Below, piece by piece: positions 1 through 12,545 of a DNA stretch of 64,000 nt. The DNA comes from Octopus sinensis (taxonomy: Eukaryota). Under the pieces are notes generated by a model, which saw only the letters and a list, made by a program, of their open reading frames with translations, did not search any database and had not been told where the DNA came from. The DNA lies in assembly GCF_006345805.1 (NCBI RefSeq), contig NC_043014.1:5332001-5396000 (forward strand), read 5' to 3'. Positions within the stretch are counted from its first letter, which is position 1, and each line of letters starts with the position of its first letter. The position numbers and the translations under genes were made by a program.

Positions 1-1459
1 GAAAAGCATGTAATGCCCTCTTCATCTGAGTATCAAATGCCCGAGCTGGCGCTTCACTGCATGTATATCTACAATTCAGCATTCGTGAATAGAGACCCGA
101 AATAATGATGTTCCACGTTCCTACACAGTGCGTATTTGTCAATCCTGCCTTGGGGTACTCGGTTGCCAACCCATTCCGTGCACGTTGTTGGTGACCATCA
201 GACGAATCAGGTAGCAGCATGTCGTCTACTAATAAAAGTCCACCGATCAAGTGGAGATGAATTGGGGTACCTCTACCACAATGGCTGCGCATATTCAACC
301 AGATCACAAAAAAGAATGTGAGAAGGGGCACTAACAATGCACACTTCAACTAAGTGAAACCTTCACGTTGAAAACTCGACTTTTACATAAATACAATAAT
401 TTGAACATCCATATAAGTATTTTATGGCAACCAGTATTTGCCCATTAAACTCACCTTCCTGGCAAACCATCCACAACATGCCCCAGGGCACGTGATCGTG
501 TGCCTTTTCGTGGTTAACAGCGTTTGCTGGAAGATCTATCTTTGAACGACTAAATGGTCGGGTGTTCCACGTCCCGGACAGTAATCTTGGGCACGAAAAT
601 TTCCCTACATATATTTTCCTGACATCTAGGGTAGACATTTCTATTATTAGAACACACTCTTTGGTCTCTGTTTGAAAAAATTGTGATTGTCACCCCTTAT
701 TATCATTGCCTTGGTGTTTTTTCCAGAGTTCCCATCCACCTAGCATACATGGGTCACTCAGAGAATACCATCTGTAATTAAGGTTTCTAAAATATCAAGC
801 CGAACGTGCTTTTCACCAGCAGTTTTACCACTTTTAAGTGAATTGAGCTCAAATAAGCGTTCAACCGAAGAAGAACCTGCCGAAAAAATTAATACAATCA
901 CGAATGTATTTCGTTCATTCAGGCTGGTCACTCTCAATTTGAATGCAAAAGTCTCCACATTTCTGTTTCTGATCCCAGCATCCACTGCGGCTTCCAACTG
1001 TATTCTGTAGGTCGCACTGGACTTACCAATTTACAGTGTTCGGCAGACTGTAGGAATTTTCAGGTTTTCAGACATTTAGGAAATGCCGAGTTGACAACTC
1101 CACCCCTCCTTTTACCCGAACGTTTAGCAAAGAGCGAAAGAGGACCGCAATCTATCACAAACCTCTGTCACCAAGTATTTCTATAACAGATACCCTTATA
1201 AATATCCCTGTCTTAAAATAATATCTCTAGCATGCAGAGGAGATTGTGTATCCTGCACAGAAGCCTCCTATGACCTCTCCATTAAGTTCACTGACGACAT
1301 TCCTTCCAATCAATCCTTCTCACGGTTATCAGTGCCAAGGTGTGCACTGCAGTCTCCTTGCAGGACAAATGACTTTACCCCAAATATATCTTAAGCTGAG
1401 GGGAATTTGCTTAGGATTGATTTGTAGTTGACCTCGGTGTTTGATGCATATACATACAG
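1..1459 (-). mobile_element. Degenerate RTE-clade LINE relic in intron 2, copy A
   Basis: Minus-strand pieces HEKAHDHVPWGML (cf. RT motif xEKAFDRVP) and SLKSGKTAGE (cf. LKxGKAAGxD); many stops. Confidence 0.75.
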
Positions 1460-2947
1460 TAAGCTAAGGGCTCCAAGGAATAGCCATACCGCGTCATCCA
1501 TCGAGTGGGATAAAAGCCGTTGCGTCTGGATCTTGAGTGGAGGAGTCCATTCGGGAAATATATTGCAGTCTCCACCCAACTTAATCTTGGATGCATGGGG
1601 AGGGAATACAAAATATGCGCGTTCCAGGACCCCGAAGCAGGTCCAGAAGGGATCAACCGTTCATAATTGAGAATTAGACTGTCAAAACCGGAGCAGACAA
1701 AGCGCTCTATCGGTGTCTCCTCAAGAAAACTTCATTACTTCGGAGGCATACACGTGGAAGTAGGTTGGAAACTCCACCGTGCAGGTGTGGTGCCAACTAT
1801 GTCAGCACTGGCGGAAGTGGGATGCTCACAATCCCTGGCTTTCTGATTGGATTATGGAGTGAATCCCACTAGGTATTAAGTGATACCTCCTGAAGCTCAA
1901 GCAGAATGAAGGAGTGGTGTAGCTGCTGGAAGTAAATGCACCCAATAGCGAGGCCAAATACAAATGCTTCCTTAAGAAAGTCACTGCAGCTTTGGATATA
2001 TTTGGGGTAAAGTCATTCGTCTTACAAGGAGACTTCCGTGCACACTTTGGCGCTGATAACCGCAAGAAGTATTGATTGGGTGGAATGGCGTCACACACCT
2101 TAATGGAGTGGCCATACTAGTCTTCTGGCAGGAAACGGACTCTCTTCGCGCCAAAAACCAAGCTGCTATCTGTAATTGACCAATCAGGTACCAAGAATTG
2201 ATAATATCGCCTACTTATCTATAAAAGAAGAACATTATCATTAATATGGTCACAAACATATCTCTTATTATAAAAGTAAGATTTTCTCTGGTTTTCTCCT
2301 GCTATTACCACCACGCTTTCTCCTACTTTCTCTTAGCAAGTGTGAAACTATTAAAGTGAAAGTATTCCCTTATTATGTGTGTGTCTGTGTGTGTGCGTAT
2401 TAGCAATTCGTATAAAATTGCATCAATGACTTGAACTTGAATAAGTGGTTTCACATAAATGGGGATAAATTAAAAAAGTTTGTTGTTATTATTATCACGT
2501 TTGTTGGTTCCGCGTCAGTGAAACGTTGTTGTGTTGCATTTGTTAAATAATTGTAAACCGTAACTCTCCCCTTTTTGGAGAAGGGGCTTTGGTTATTGTT
2601 TAAAAATCGAATTGTGTCCCTGTTTGGGAATTTGACAATATTTTCGCCGTCTTTACGGAAGCATTTTTGTTAAAATGCCTTCGATAGAAGAAAGTCCAAA
2701 AATGAATTTCGCTGCAGCCGTACACTTCTATACAAGAGGGAGGTCAAGATCCAATTGATCGAAATTGCAAGAGATGGGCCTACAATTTCAGTCTGTTATA
2801 TATTTCGAGTATTGTTATAACTAGCGATATCACGATATAACTTTGTATTTTGTATCTTATGTGTAGATGTATATATATATATAGATGTACATGTAATATG
2901 TACACATATATATACACATATATACGTGCATAATATATCTACCCATA

Positions 2948-2987
<40 letters not shown>

Positions 2988-3077
2988 TAGGGGCAGGTGT
3001 GGCTGTGTGGTAACAAACTACGTTCCAAACACATGGTCCTGGGTTCATGTACATATATACATACATACATCCACACA

Positions 3078-3143
<66 letters not shown>

Positions 3144-3159
3144 TAATGTGTGTGTGTTA

Positions 3160-3549
3160 TCTCTCTTTATATAAAGCTGAAGTCGTCTGTGTGCGCCAGG
3201 TTTGGTAACCTTTAACTAACACTATCTCCTCCGAAACCCTGCGGCGCAAGTTGACCAAAATTGAGAGCATGATAGAAGAAGGGTTGCTCTTCCTTCCGTA
3301 GAAGATAAAATTCAAATCGGACCATGTTAACAACAAAATTATTTACATCAACAAGGTGCTTTTTCTATGAAAATCCCTATTTTTTCACGATTTTTTCACT
3401 GCTGTGTCGCCACTTTTCGGCGTATTTCAACCAGAAAAATGTTCACTTGAAGAGAATAACAAGCTACATAATGCAAAATTTTTACTTTTCAAAAATTCCA
3501 ATTCCAGCGGGTCGAAACAAACCCGAGAGACGCCGGGCGATACTGCTAG
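3160..3549 (+). mobile_element. Non-autonomous Helitron (~390 bp)
   Basis: Sits between A and T; 5' TCTCTCTTTATATAAAG, subterminal CCCG..CGGG hairpin, 3' CTAG. Absent from paralogous introns. Confidence 0.78.
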
Positions 3550-3898
3550 TATATATATATATATATATACTCACATCCATGTTCAACTACAAAACAAACA
3601 TCCGTTCTTAAGGGAACCAAATACACATTCTGATATTCTGAGATTATTCTCTCAATTCGTTGACGTCAACGTCAACAACAGGCTCAATAGACAAACGACT
3701 AATTTTCTTCGTTTAAAATTTATTCTTAGCGAATCATTTACTTCTTTCATTCCGATTTTCATTCATTCACTCATTCTTTTTCTCTTAAATTCTAAATTTC
3801 TCTCCTCTCTATCAATTCCTTCCAAGCCAACAACTTCCTTTGTATAGGATGCAAGAATTCTTTCTTTTAAACTACATTGTTTCATTTTAATTTCACAG

Positions 3899-3973
3899 AA
3901 CCCGGTCCCGGATCATTGTATACCCGGTGGGGCAGAACAAGTTGTCCTCCTTATTCAAACCTTGTATATGACG
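3899..3973 (+). CDS. Copy A exon 3 of C4-like-domain membrane protein gene (KPGPGSLYTRWGRTSCPPYSNLVYDG)
   Basis: tttcacag acceptor, G|gttagt donor, 75 nt, phase 1/1. The YTRWGRTxCP motif opens the short-chain collagen C4-like domain. Exons 1-2 presumably lie upstream of the window. Confidence 0.9.
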
Positions 3974-5571
3974 GTTAGTATAAACTATACTTCTGTTCAC
4001 TCTTTCTCTCTTTATCTTTCTCTTCTTCTCTTTTTATTCCTCTCATTTTCTCTTTCCGTTTCTCTCACGCACACGCACGCACATTCAAGCAAATCATGTG
4101 ATATATCACGTTTGTAACGTTACCTATAGACCCTATAGAGACTGCACAAGACTGCTTAATAGTTTGTAGGTATTTGGTCAAATTAGAATTTAAATGTTGT
4201 CTACTATGGACCAGGTGAAAAGGATGTTGTTTAACCACAGAATATAGATATCTCTACGTTAAATTATAGAAAGGGACTAGACTGGAGTCCAGTATAGCGA
4301 ACAAGGACTCCTGGCTGACTTGTATGGATGTAGATATCAAATACCGAGGCTGCTAACTGGTGATCAAATGTACTGGCTACGGCCGGTGGTATTGTACGTG
4401 AGTGACCAGAGCTGGAAAGTGGCCACTTGACTATCATTACCTAGAGTGTCTATTGATTGTTGTTATAAATTAAATTGAACAAGGTCTCTTAGAATTGATG
4501 AATGAATGTATATGGTTAATGAAGTGAACGCAGAATGTAGTGTGGACTGGAAAAACCACACACTGTAACTAATGAACATAGCTAACTAAGCACCGTATGT
4601 ATTATGCAAAATATGGAGGGACCAAGTACCACTGAGAGAACCAAAGTGAGTAAATATTGCACTTCTATTCTTCTCCGCCTTACCGAAATCGTCCTATCCC
4701 TTAAACCTTTCTGTTTTCATGCACCACCTCGCTTCATTAATTGTCTAGTATATCTTTGTAAGGTAACGCCGGTACATCCAATTCAAAGCTACTGCTTCCT
4801 ACATCTTCTCGAACCAATCTGGCATCCTTTGTGAATCTGCTCCCTATAAACCCTACACATATCCTTTATCGGTCGCCCACTCTGCTGTCCATTCATCTTA
4901 AGCACTACGCCATCAATGAGCTTCAAAATTCACCCCACCTCAGTACATGCTTTGCATGAAATAAAATCTGTGTGATCATAATATTATAGTATGTGGTAGG
5001 CCCGTCTCGTGGTAGGCCTGACTCGTCTGAGACAAACCGATGGATATAGCCAGCCACACCCGTATGGTCGGCTAAACAGTATTTCATCCCCTCTTACCCA
5101 CCAGTTCTCTGCATCTCGCCGTCTCTCGTATTGTTCTACTCAAACCACATGCAATTCACATCACCAACAATTTTCCCGTTCAAACGTGAACGACATCTTT
5201 TCCATTTCGGGAAATCACGACCACATGCGTTACAAATCCCTTTCCTTTCTCCTTTTATTGACATCCAGACACAGACATCTACCCCATACAATACACATCA
5301 CAACTACGATTACTTACCCGTACACACACACAAACACATGCACACACACATGAAGAGAAGACAAACGCACAGCTGCAAACTCATGCGCACTCCCATCCAG
5401 CAACACACAGCTTACACTCACATAAACACTAACATATATACACCACAATTCGTTCACACGTGACTAAACATGACTTCTTTTAAGGGTCAAACTGTAATGA
5501 ATGTTTCCGTCATTTCATATGTAATTTTGCTTAATATCTTTGCTTACTTGATTTATTCTCACCAATTCTAG

Positions 5572-6071
5572 GTGTCGTTGGTGGACAACATTTTTCCCAT
5601 ACTGGTGGCGGAAGTAATCTCTTATGTCTACCCAACGATCCCATTTGGGCCAATTATACTACAGAAGGTGAAGATGGGGGTTGGATTTATGGCAGTGAAT
5701 ATCAACTACAGTTATACCCAACTAATAAACTCTTTTCTTTTGCTAACGCTAAATCACTTCATGATCACAACGTTCCGTGTGCTGTCTGTTCGACACGACA
5801 ACCTGCCGTTGTTATGACGTTACCAGCCAGGACAAAGTGTTACGCTGGTTGGACAGCAGAGTATTCGGGATATTTGATGACCGAGCATTATAGTGATAAA
5901 GGCAGATATGAATATGTGTGTGTGGATTATGCACCAGAAGCTGATCCAGCAGGTTACAGAAACGAAGATGGAGCTGTTTTATATTTCGTTCAGGCTGCTT
6001 GTGGTTCATTGCCATGTCCACCGTATGTCCATGGTCAAGAATTAACCTGCGTTGTGTGCAGTAAATATTGA
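5572..6071 (+). CDS. Copy A exon 4 (terminal), C4-like domain GVVGGQHFSHTGGGSNLLCLP...CVVCSKY*
   Basis: ttctag acceptor. Manually read open frame from 5574 is in frame with track ORF 5814..6071. Conserved CLP, CAVC, CVD, CGSLPCPPY and CVVC motifs. Confidence 0.92.
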
Positions 6072-6340
6072 ATAGAAATTAAATTCACTTCCACATGAAA
6101 ATATGCCTGTGAATTACAAGAAACAATATAAAATTTTCAATTTTGTTACCTTATATTTTCTTCAAAGTATGTCTATCGTTACAATAAACTGTCGTACTAG
6201 TTTACAGAAGATATTCAAACAATACAAAAGAGGCGACGTAGAATGCCAGAAATATCCTCAAAATCAAGAAAAATCTAAATCTGTCGAAATGATTCTAGAA
6301 AACATTTTGTAAGATTTCAGTTTATCAAACTTATCGTTGA

Positions 6341-6346
6341 AATAAA
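6341..6346 (+). terminator. Probable polyadenylation signal (also 24012, 37108, 58660)
   Basis: AATAAA in a cagtttatcaaa..ttgaaataaaa block conserved in all four 3' UTRs, although the flanks diverge. Confidence 0.55.
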
Positions 6347-7570
6347 ATGTTATTTTGTTTAACAGTATTTTGTCTTCTGTCTCATGATTCAACAAACCCC
6401 AAATAAAGTACCACCATAGAATTATATCAGCTTTTCGTGCACAGCCTTAGAATTTCTAATACTCGACGCTACTATCTCAGACATCTTGGTTTTCAAATTA
6501 CAACTCGGATTCTGACGAGGAGCCATGAACCGCTACATTACTTAGCACAGAACTTAACTGATTCTTTCAACAACAACCAGATACTTCCACACAATCCATT
6601 CTATTTGCCGTTATTAATCAGGAAAGCTTTCCGTTCCATTCCAAACCCATATCTTATAAAACCTATTTATCGTCTACTTTAGAAATATTACAAAATGTTC
6701 AAATTAAGCTTTCTGAGAATGTGGAATTTACACGATCAATCCCTCAAAAACAGTCGAAATAAGTATTGGTCCTGCCAACCTAAATCTATATCACAAAATT
6801 CCCACCTCTCTTCGAAATAAGATACAAAATGAAACTCGATGCCCACAACATACACATCATATACTAAACGCTGATATACAAGAATAAGAAAGGAAATCAA
6901 CCAGAAAAATTGCCTCATTTCAGCGACAGAGATCATCAAATACGACGATTTCTTTCACTCATCTACGTAAACATACCAGAACCGAAGAAAGGATGGATCC
7001 TAGAAGCTGAATACATTTCATGTAAAACGAATACAACACCCATAAAAGTGAGAGTAAAGAGAGCAAATATAGTCAGGGCAAACACGGATCCTGTGTGTAA
7101 GAAGGCTGAGATGTTGTGAGGTTATATCCAATAGGATTCATGATTGTATGTTGGAGTGCGTCCAATATTTGTTAGATACACGAAGGCTAACAACATCACG
7201 TTCCAATAAATATTAAAGATTGCTGAGTGTTTACAATCCGGCTGTAATTATTCTGATAGGTAAATCCGGATTCGCTTCTCTGGATTATGAATATATTCCT
7301 GACAGTAAATTCTAAACTATTGCACAGAATACGGACGCTGGTAAATCATCAAATTTTTCTTTTGATTCAGTTGTTAGTGATGCAGCATAATTAGACAGTT
7401 AAAACGACCGCCATGTGTTTAAGCTGTACAGAGCATGCGCAGCTGCATATGCAACCCGCCATTACAATAGGAAGAATTATGGGACTTTGTTGAAAACTGA
7501 CATGGCTGTAAGATTTATTTTGTAGCTTATTTCAAATTAATCTTATTTCGAGGGCCAAACCGAGAGTGTT

Positions 7571-7631
<61 letters not shown>

Positions 7632-7994
7632 AATATATATATATATATATATATATATTAAATTAGGTCAAACTATATCTGAGAGGTCTAATATGCTTCA
7701 TCTAAGAAAAGTTAATCATAACTATGGAATTCCGTCGTACATATGCTGTCCATACGGAAGGTGCACTTGCGAATTGAGTTTCAAATGGGAGACACTGTAC
7801 CTGTATGTTTTGCTATGATTTATAAAACAAGAAGAAAAGTATTCAAAGCTAGTGATAATGACTAGCTAAAAATATGTATGAATGTCATTATTCGGTTTTA
7901 ATAGAATATTTCTGGCAAACAGAAAGAGAGACGGCTTCTAACTTAGTTCCAAGTATATTTCATTGGAATTTCAACAACATGAACACGATATTTT

Positions 7995-9362
7995 TGTATG
8001 TATGTATGTATGTATGTATGTATGTATGTATGTATATGTGTATGTATGTATGTATTCATGTATGTATGTATGTATGTATGTATGTATGTATGTATGTATG
8101 TATGCATGTATGTATGTATGCATGCATGTATGTATGTATGTATGTATGTATGTATGTATGTATGTATGTATCTATGTATGTATGTATGTATGTATATATG
8201 TATGTATGTATGTATGTATATATGTATGTATGTATGCATGTATGTATGTCAGGTCACTTTCGAGTGCTACTGGTAACATGTAACCCAGTACAACCTGTTG
8301 CATTGTCGGGTCGTCGGCGACTAAACCGGCAACCACACCAAGTTTGCTTGGTGAGGAGGGAGTTTACTGGACACCCTGCGGGATGAAAAATAATACCCGT
8401 CAAAGGGCGGAGGAATTCTTGAGAGTCAACGGCCATCCAATAAATGTCTTAAGGGTGTATCATGCGCGGGGACATAGAAATAATCGGACTGAATACCCGA
8501 TCGCGCGGTTAAACCATTGGGAGTGAAGGACTCCTAGCCTTTGTTAGGGCATCCTTCTAGGAGAGGGTAACTCAAGTAACTGGGATAATTCCGACATAAA
8601 ACCTGCGGCTCAGTGGTTACCGATGATGTTGACTTGTTCTTCTTTTCGGATTATGGCTGCTGTTGCTTAATGACTGGGATTGACACAGTGCACAGCCTTT
8701 CCTCACTATAAAAAAAATCTTCATGCACAGGCATTGCAAGATAACAACATTGATTAAGCTTCGTGCAATGCCCATATTCGATAACGAGGGGGCAGCCACC
8801 AAGTATGTATGTATGTATGGATGGATGGATGTAATATGTATACATGTAGGTATGGATGTAAGTATGTATGTATGTATATATGTATGTATGTGCATATGTG
8901 TCTATCGATATATACATGCTTACGTTCAAACATACATGCATGTATACATGTATATATACATACATGTATGTATAAATATATGCATACATGTATGTATGTA
9001 CGTATGAAAGTATGTATGTATGTATGCATATATGTATGTATATATGTATGTATGTATGTGTGTGTATGTATGTATGTTTGTATGTATGTATGTGTGCATG
9101 TATGTGTGTATGTATGTATATATATGTGTGTGTATGTAAGTATATATGTATGTATGGGGGTATGTATGTATGTATATATGTATGTATATACGTGAGTGCG
9201 TATGTATGCATGTATGTATGTATGTGTGTATGTATGTATGTATGTATATATGTATGTATGTATGCATGTATGTATATATGTATGTGTGTATGTATGTATG
9301 TATGTTTCTATGTATGCCTGTATATATGTGTGCATGTATGTATGCATATATGTATGTATGAG
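7995..9362. repeat. (TATG)n arrays around a non-coding interspersed repeat (~8250-8800); paralog ~38750-40355
   Basis: Direct reading; source of the many MYVC/HTYI pseudo-ORFs. Confidence 0.92.
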
Positions 9363-10010
9363 TGGGTGGGAATTGGAAGGTTTTGATTTTGATATTCCCA
9401 TAAAACTTTTCTAATCCGATTAACGCTTGTTGTGAAGAATCCAATCCGAACAGCGGACTTCATTAGATTAAGTCTTGCGATTACTGTGTGGGTTGAACGA
9501 AATACTTCCCACACTGAATATTAAAACAATTTGTGAGTGTGTGTGTATGTGTTTGTGTGTGTGTGTATGTGTGTGTGTCAGTGTATGTGTGTGTGTGAGT
9601 CATTGTGTGTGCGCGTGTGTGTCAGCGTGTGTGTGTGTGTGCGTCAGTGTGTGTGTGACAATGTGTATGTTTGTGCGTGAGTATGTGTGTGTAGATCGGT
9701 GAATTTCGTAATGTTTGACTGTAATTCACGTTGGTTTTTATATATGACAATATGTAAGAACGAATGTAAATACATACACACAGACACACGGACAAACACA
9801 CGCACAAATAAACACAAACACACACACATACGCACGCACACAGACACACGTGCTCAATTGTACACGAACAATCACACTATACAGTGTATGTCCACTCACA
9901 TATATGTGTGCGTTTGTGTGTGTGTATGCGTATAAGTAGATACGTATATTTGTGATATTTATGGTGTGTATGCTTAAGTATACGTGCATACGTATATATT
10001 GATATGTATT

Positions 10011-10058
<48 letters not shown>

Positions 10059-10063
10059 TGTGT

Positions 10064-10315
10064 GGAGGCGCAGTGGCCCAGTGGTTAGGGCAGCGGACTC
10101 ACGGTTTCGATTCCCAGACTGGGCGTTGTGTGTGTTTAAAGCTCCATGATCACTGCTGTACTCTTTCGCTATAACTTTCTCCCTTTCTTCTGTTGGCCTG
10201 CTCGCTTAGCCAACGGGGTGGCGTCATTTGAAGGCTAAATCAATGCTAAGCGCATCGTGAACAGCGATATGTAGCAACACCGATAGCCTGGTCTTCGACG
10301 GTCATCACAGAGATA
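10064..10315 (+). mobile_element. tRNA-derived SINE
   Basis: Box A-like tggcccagtgg and box B-like ggtttcgattcc. Further copies at 28549, 44730 and 43154 (minus). Confidence 0.75.
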
Positions 10316-10859
10316 TACGTATCATCCGCACACAATACACGCACACACCCACATACTTCAAACTAGCAGTACCTACTACTTAACAGGGGGTAGAGTCAAA
10401 AGTAGCCACGCCCAATTCCTTCTTTTTAACACTACTAGCCCTACAACACGCAAAGATTAACAGCCACAACACACACACACACACGTGTCATCATTGCACA
10501 CATACACACAGACACACACACGCACACGCAGACCTCCGCGCACGCTCTTATCCACACTTACACACACATTCCTCCTCCTCTACCACTCTCCTGTCTTTGA
10601 AAGAACCTTTCTTCACCCATTTCCTTCCGGTCATTCAAAATGTGACGCGCGTGTACCGTTGGCGATTTTTTTTACTCTGTCTTCCCTCCTCTGGATCTTT
10701 CCTTCTCGTATGTTTCCGACGAAGAACTCCACCCGAAACGTTAAACCCTCCTTCTTTCCTTCTTTCCTGAGCGTCCAATAATACTATATTTGTTCCACGT
10801 CCTCACGTTGTTGTATTTTTGTGCTTTCTTGTTTGGATTAAATTTAACTATATAATATA

Positions 10860-12486
10860 TATCCACAACCCCTAATAGACAGTGCAATCCAACGGGTACT
10901 TAAATTAAGTATAGAAGACCTGAGACAAACAAAACCAAAAAAGAAAGAACAATTAAAAACCCTTCCCTACATCTCTGCACACAACCCACTCAACAATGAG
11001 GCCTTCAACACCATACTACAAAGCACAGCCCTACTAAAGGGAGACCCAAAGATGAACCGGATCCTCGAAACACACACCATCATTAAAAGTAAACGGCAAC
11101 CAAAATCCTTGAAAAGGATTTTAACCCAAGCTACACTGCACTCAACATCAACCACAAAACCAGCAGTTAGAAAATGTGGAAGGCCCAACTGCGGAATCTG
11201 TGGCATCTTGAAGGAAGGATCAGAATTTATACTGGAACAAGGCCACCAGTTCACCATTAGAACAAACTTCACCTGCGCATCAGAAAACTTAATTTACGTA
11301 ATAACATGCGCAGGCTGCAATAGGCAGTATATAGGCCATACAAAAAATAGCTTACGTAACAGGATGGCGGTGCATAAATCACAAATTAGAAACCCTGATT
11401 ACCGCAAAATACCGGTCAGCGGACACATAGATAGATGTGCTGGAAATATAAATCCGAAATTTACAACTAACCCGCTCTATAAATTCAGTGACAACGCAAC
11501 CTTCACACAACGCCAAAATAAAGAACTATATTTCATAAAAAAATTTAGACCAAGTTTAAACACCCTGGGCCAGGAATATTAAAACAAAAGATAAGTCCTC
11601 CGAAAAGGAGAGGCAAAATTCCACCAAGGCCGCTACCATAAACAGTCACTCGCACTGACGGAAATATGCCTTAGTTAAAAAAAAGGAAAAAAATTCTTTA
11701 GTACAAATCTGACCCTGCAAATCTGACATACGATACAGCTAAGGGTCAGACCCGATTCTGATTGGTCAACATGTTGATGACGTCTTGTTCTGCTAGAATG
11801 GACAGGATACAAACAGGGGGCAGAGATTGGTCACAATATTGATGACGTACTTTTCTGCTTGACTGGTCACCTAACAAAATACAGACAGGTGGCAGATCCA
11901 ATGCAGCTATAAGTCGCGATGAAACGACTGGTCAAAACAGGAAACAAACAAGAGGTAGTTCTAATACAGCGATTAGTCACGATTGGTCAAAATGTTGATG
12001 ACGTGGACGTCACGCTACGCTGGACTGACCACCTGACAGGCATTATAAAAACACGAACAATCTACAAAACACACCAGAATAACCCAGCGAACAACAACCA
12101 CCATGGGTCACCACAATTGCTTAAGGTAAAAATGAATTCCTCGCTCTTTCGGGAACACCAATCCTCTGTATTGACTGCTTTCCACCACTTTGATCTGTTT
12201 TTTTGTATTGAATACGTATCGCCACCGTGGGCCACTGCATCGAACACTTTGAACATATAGTATGAATGAACATACTTCAAACTATATCAAAACTTTAAAA
12301 TGTCTGACTCCGTTGAGTATTATAAATGAATTTCTTGTGTTTGACGGCATTAGCTGTCTTTTTTTATATATAACTCTTTTTGATAAGGTTCATTTCAGGA
12401 ACTGAAACATGTTATAATGTATATATAAAAATTAAAAATTGTATAATATAGCAGCATTTTCGAACTTCTTTTTTTACGAATATATA
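10860..12486 (+). repeat. Upstream pseudo-LTR of the Penelope-like element (includes duplicate GIY-YIG ORF 11052-11582)
   Basis: Near-identical to 15495-17120. Confidence 0.93.
12361..12431 (+). ncRNA. Minimal type I hammerhead ribozyme variant (U3/A8) in upstream pLTR
   Basis: Core TTGATAA, stem II GGTTC/GAACT, GAAA, palindromic CATG, closing stem TTTTTATATATA/TATATATAAAAA. Confidence 0.65.
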
Positions 12487-12545
12487 CCTACTCGTATACG
12501 AGCTAATCCTATTATAAATATCACATCACGTACGAGCTCCCGAAA

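Noticed and set aside
2260-2825. Possible second Helitron-like insert starting TCTCTTATTATAAAAG
   Set aside because: No convincing 3' hairpin plus CTAG-T end identified.
4130-5290. Conserved intron 3 block with short ORFs (also ~21700, ~34100, ~55050)
   Set aside because: Probably an old TE relic copied with the array; no recognisable motif and the frames are not conserved.
5812-6021. Recurrent minus-strand ORF MDMAMNHK... (also 23469, 36578, 58111)
   Set aside because: Antisense shadow of exon 4; conserved only because exon 4 is.
6430-7300. X-flank sequence (also 37200-38050) faintly resembling the C-terminal region of a restriction-endonuclease-type LINE
   Set aside because: Too degenerate to call by eye; needs tBLASTn or RepeatMasker. 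CTGACGAG at ~6513 lacks a matching GAAA and stems, so it is not a hammerhead.
7874-9444. Long MYVC/HTYI/CVCV ORFs here and throughout the window
   Set aside because: Translations of TATG, GT and TA microsatellites.
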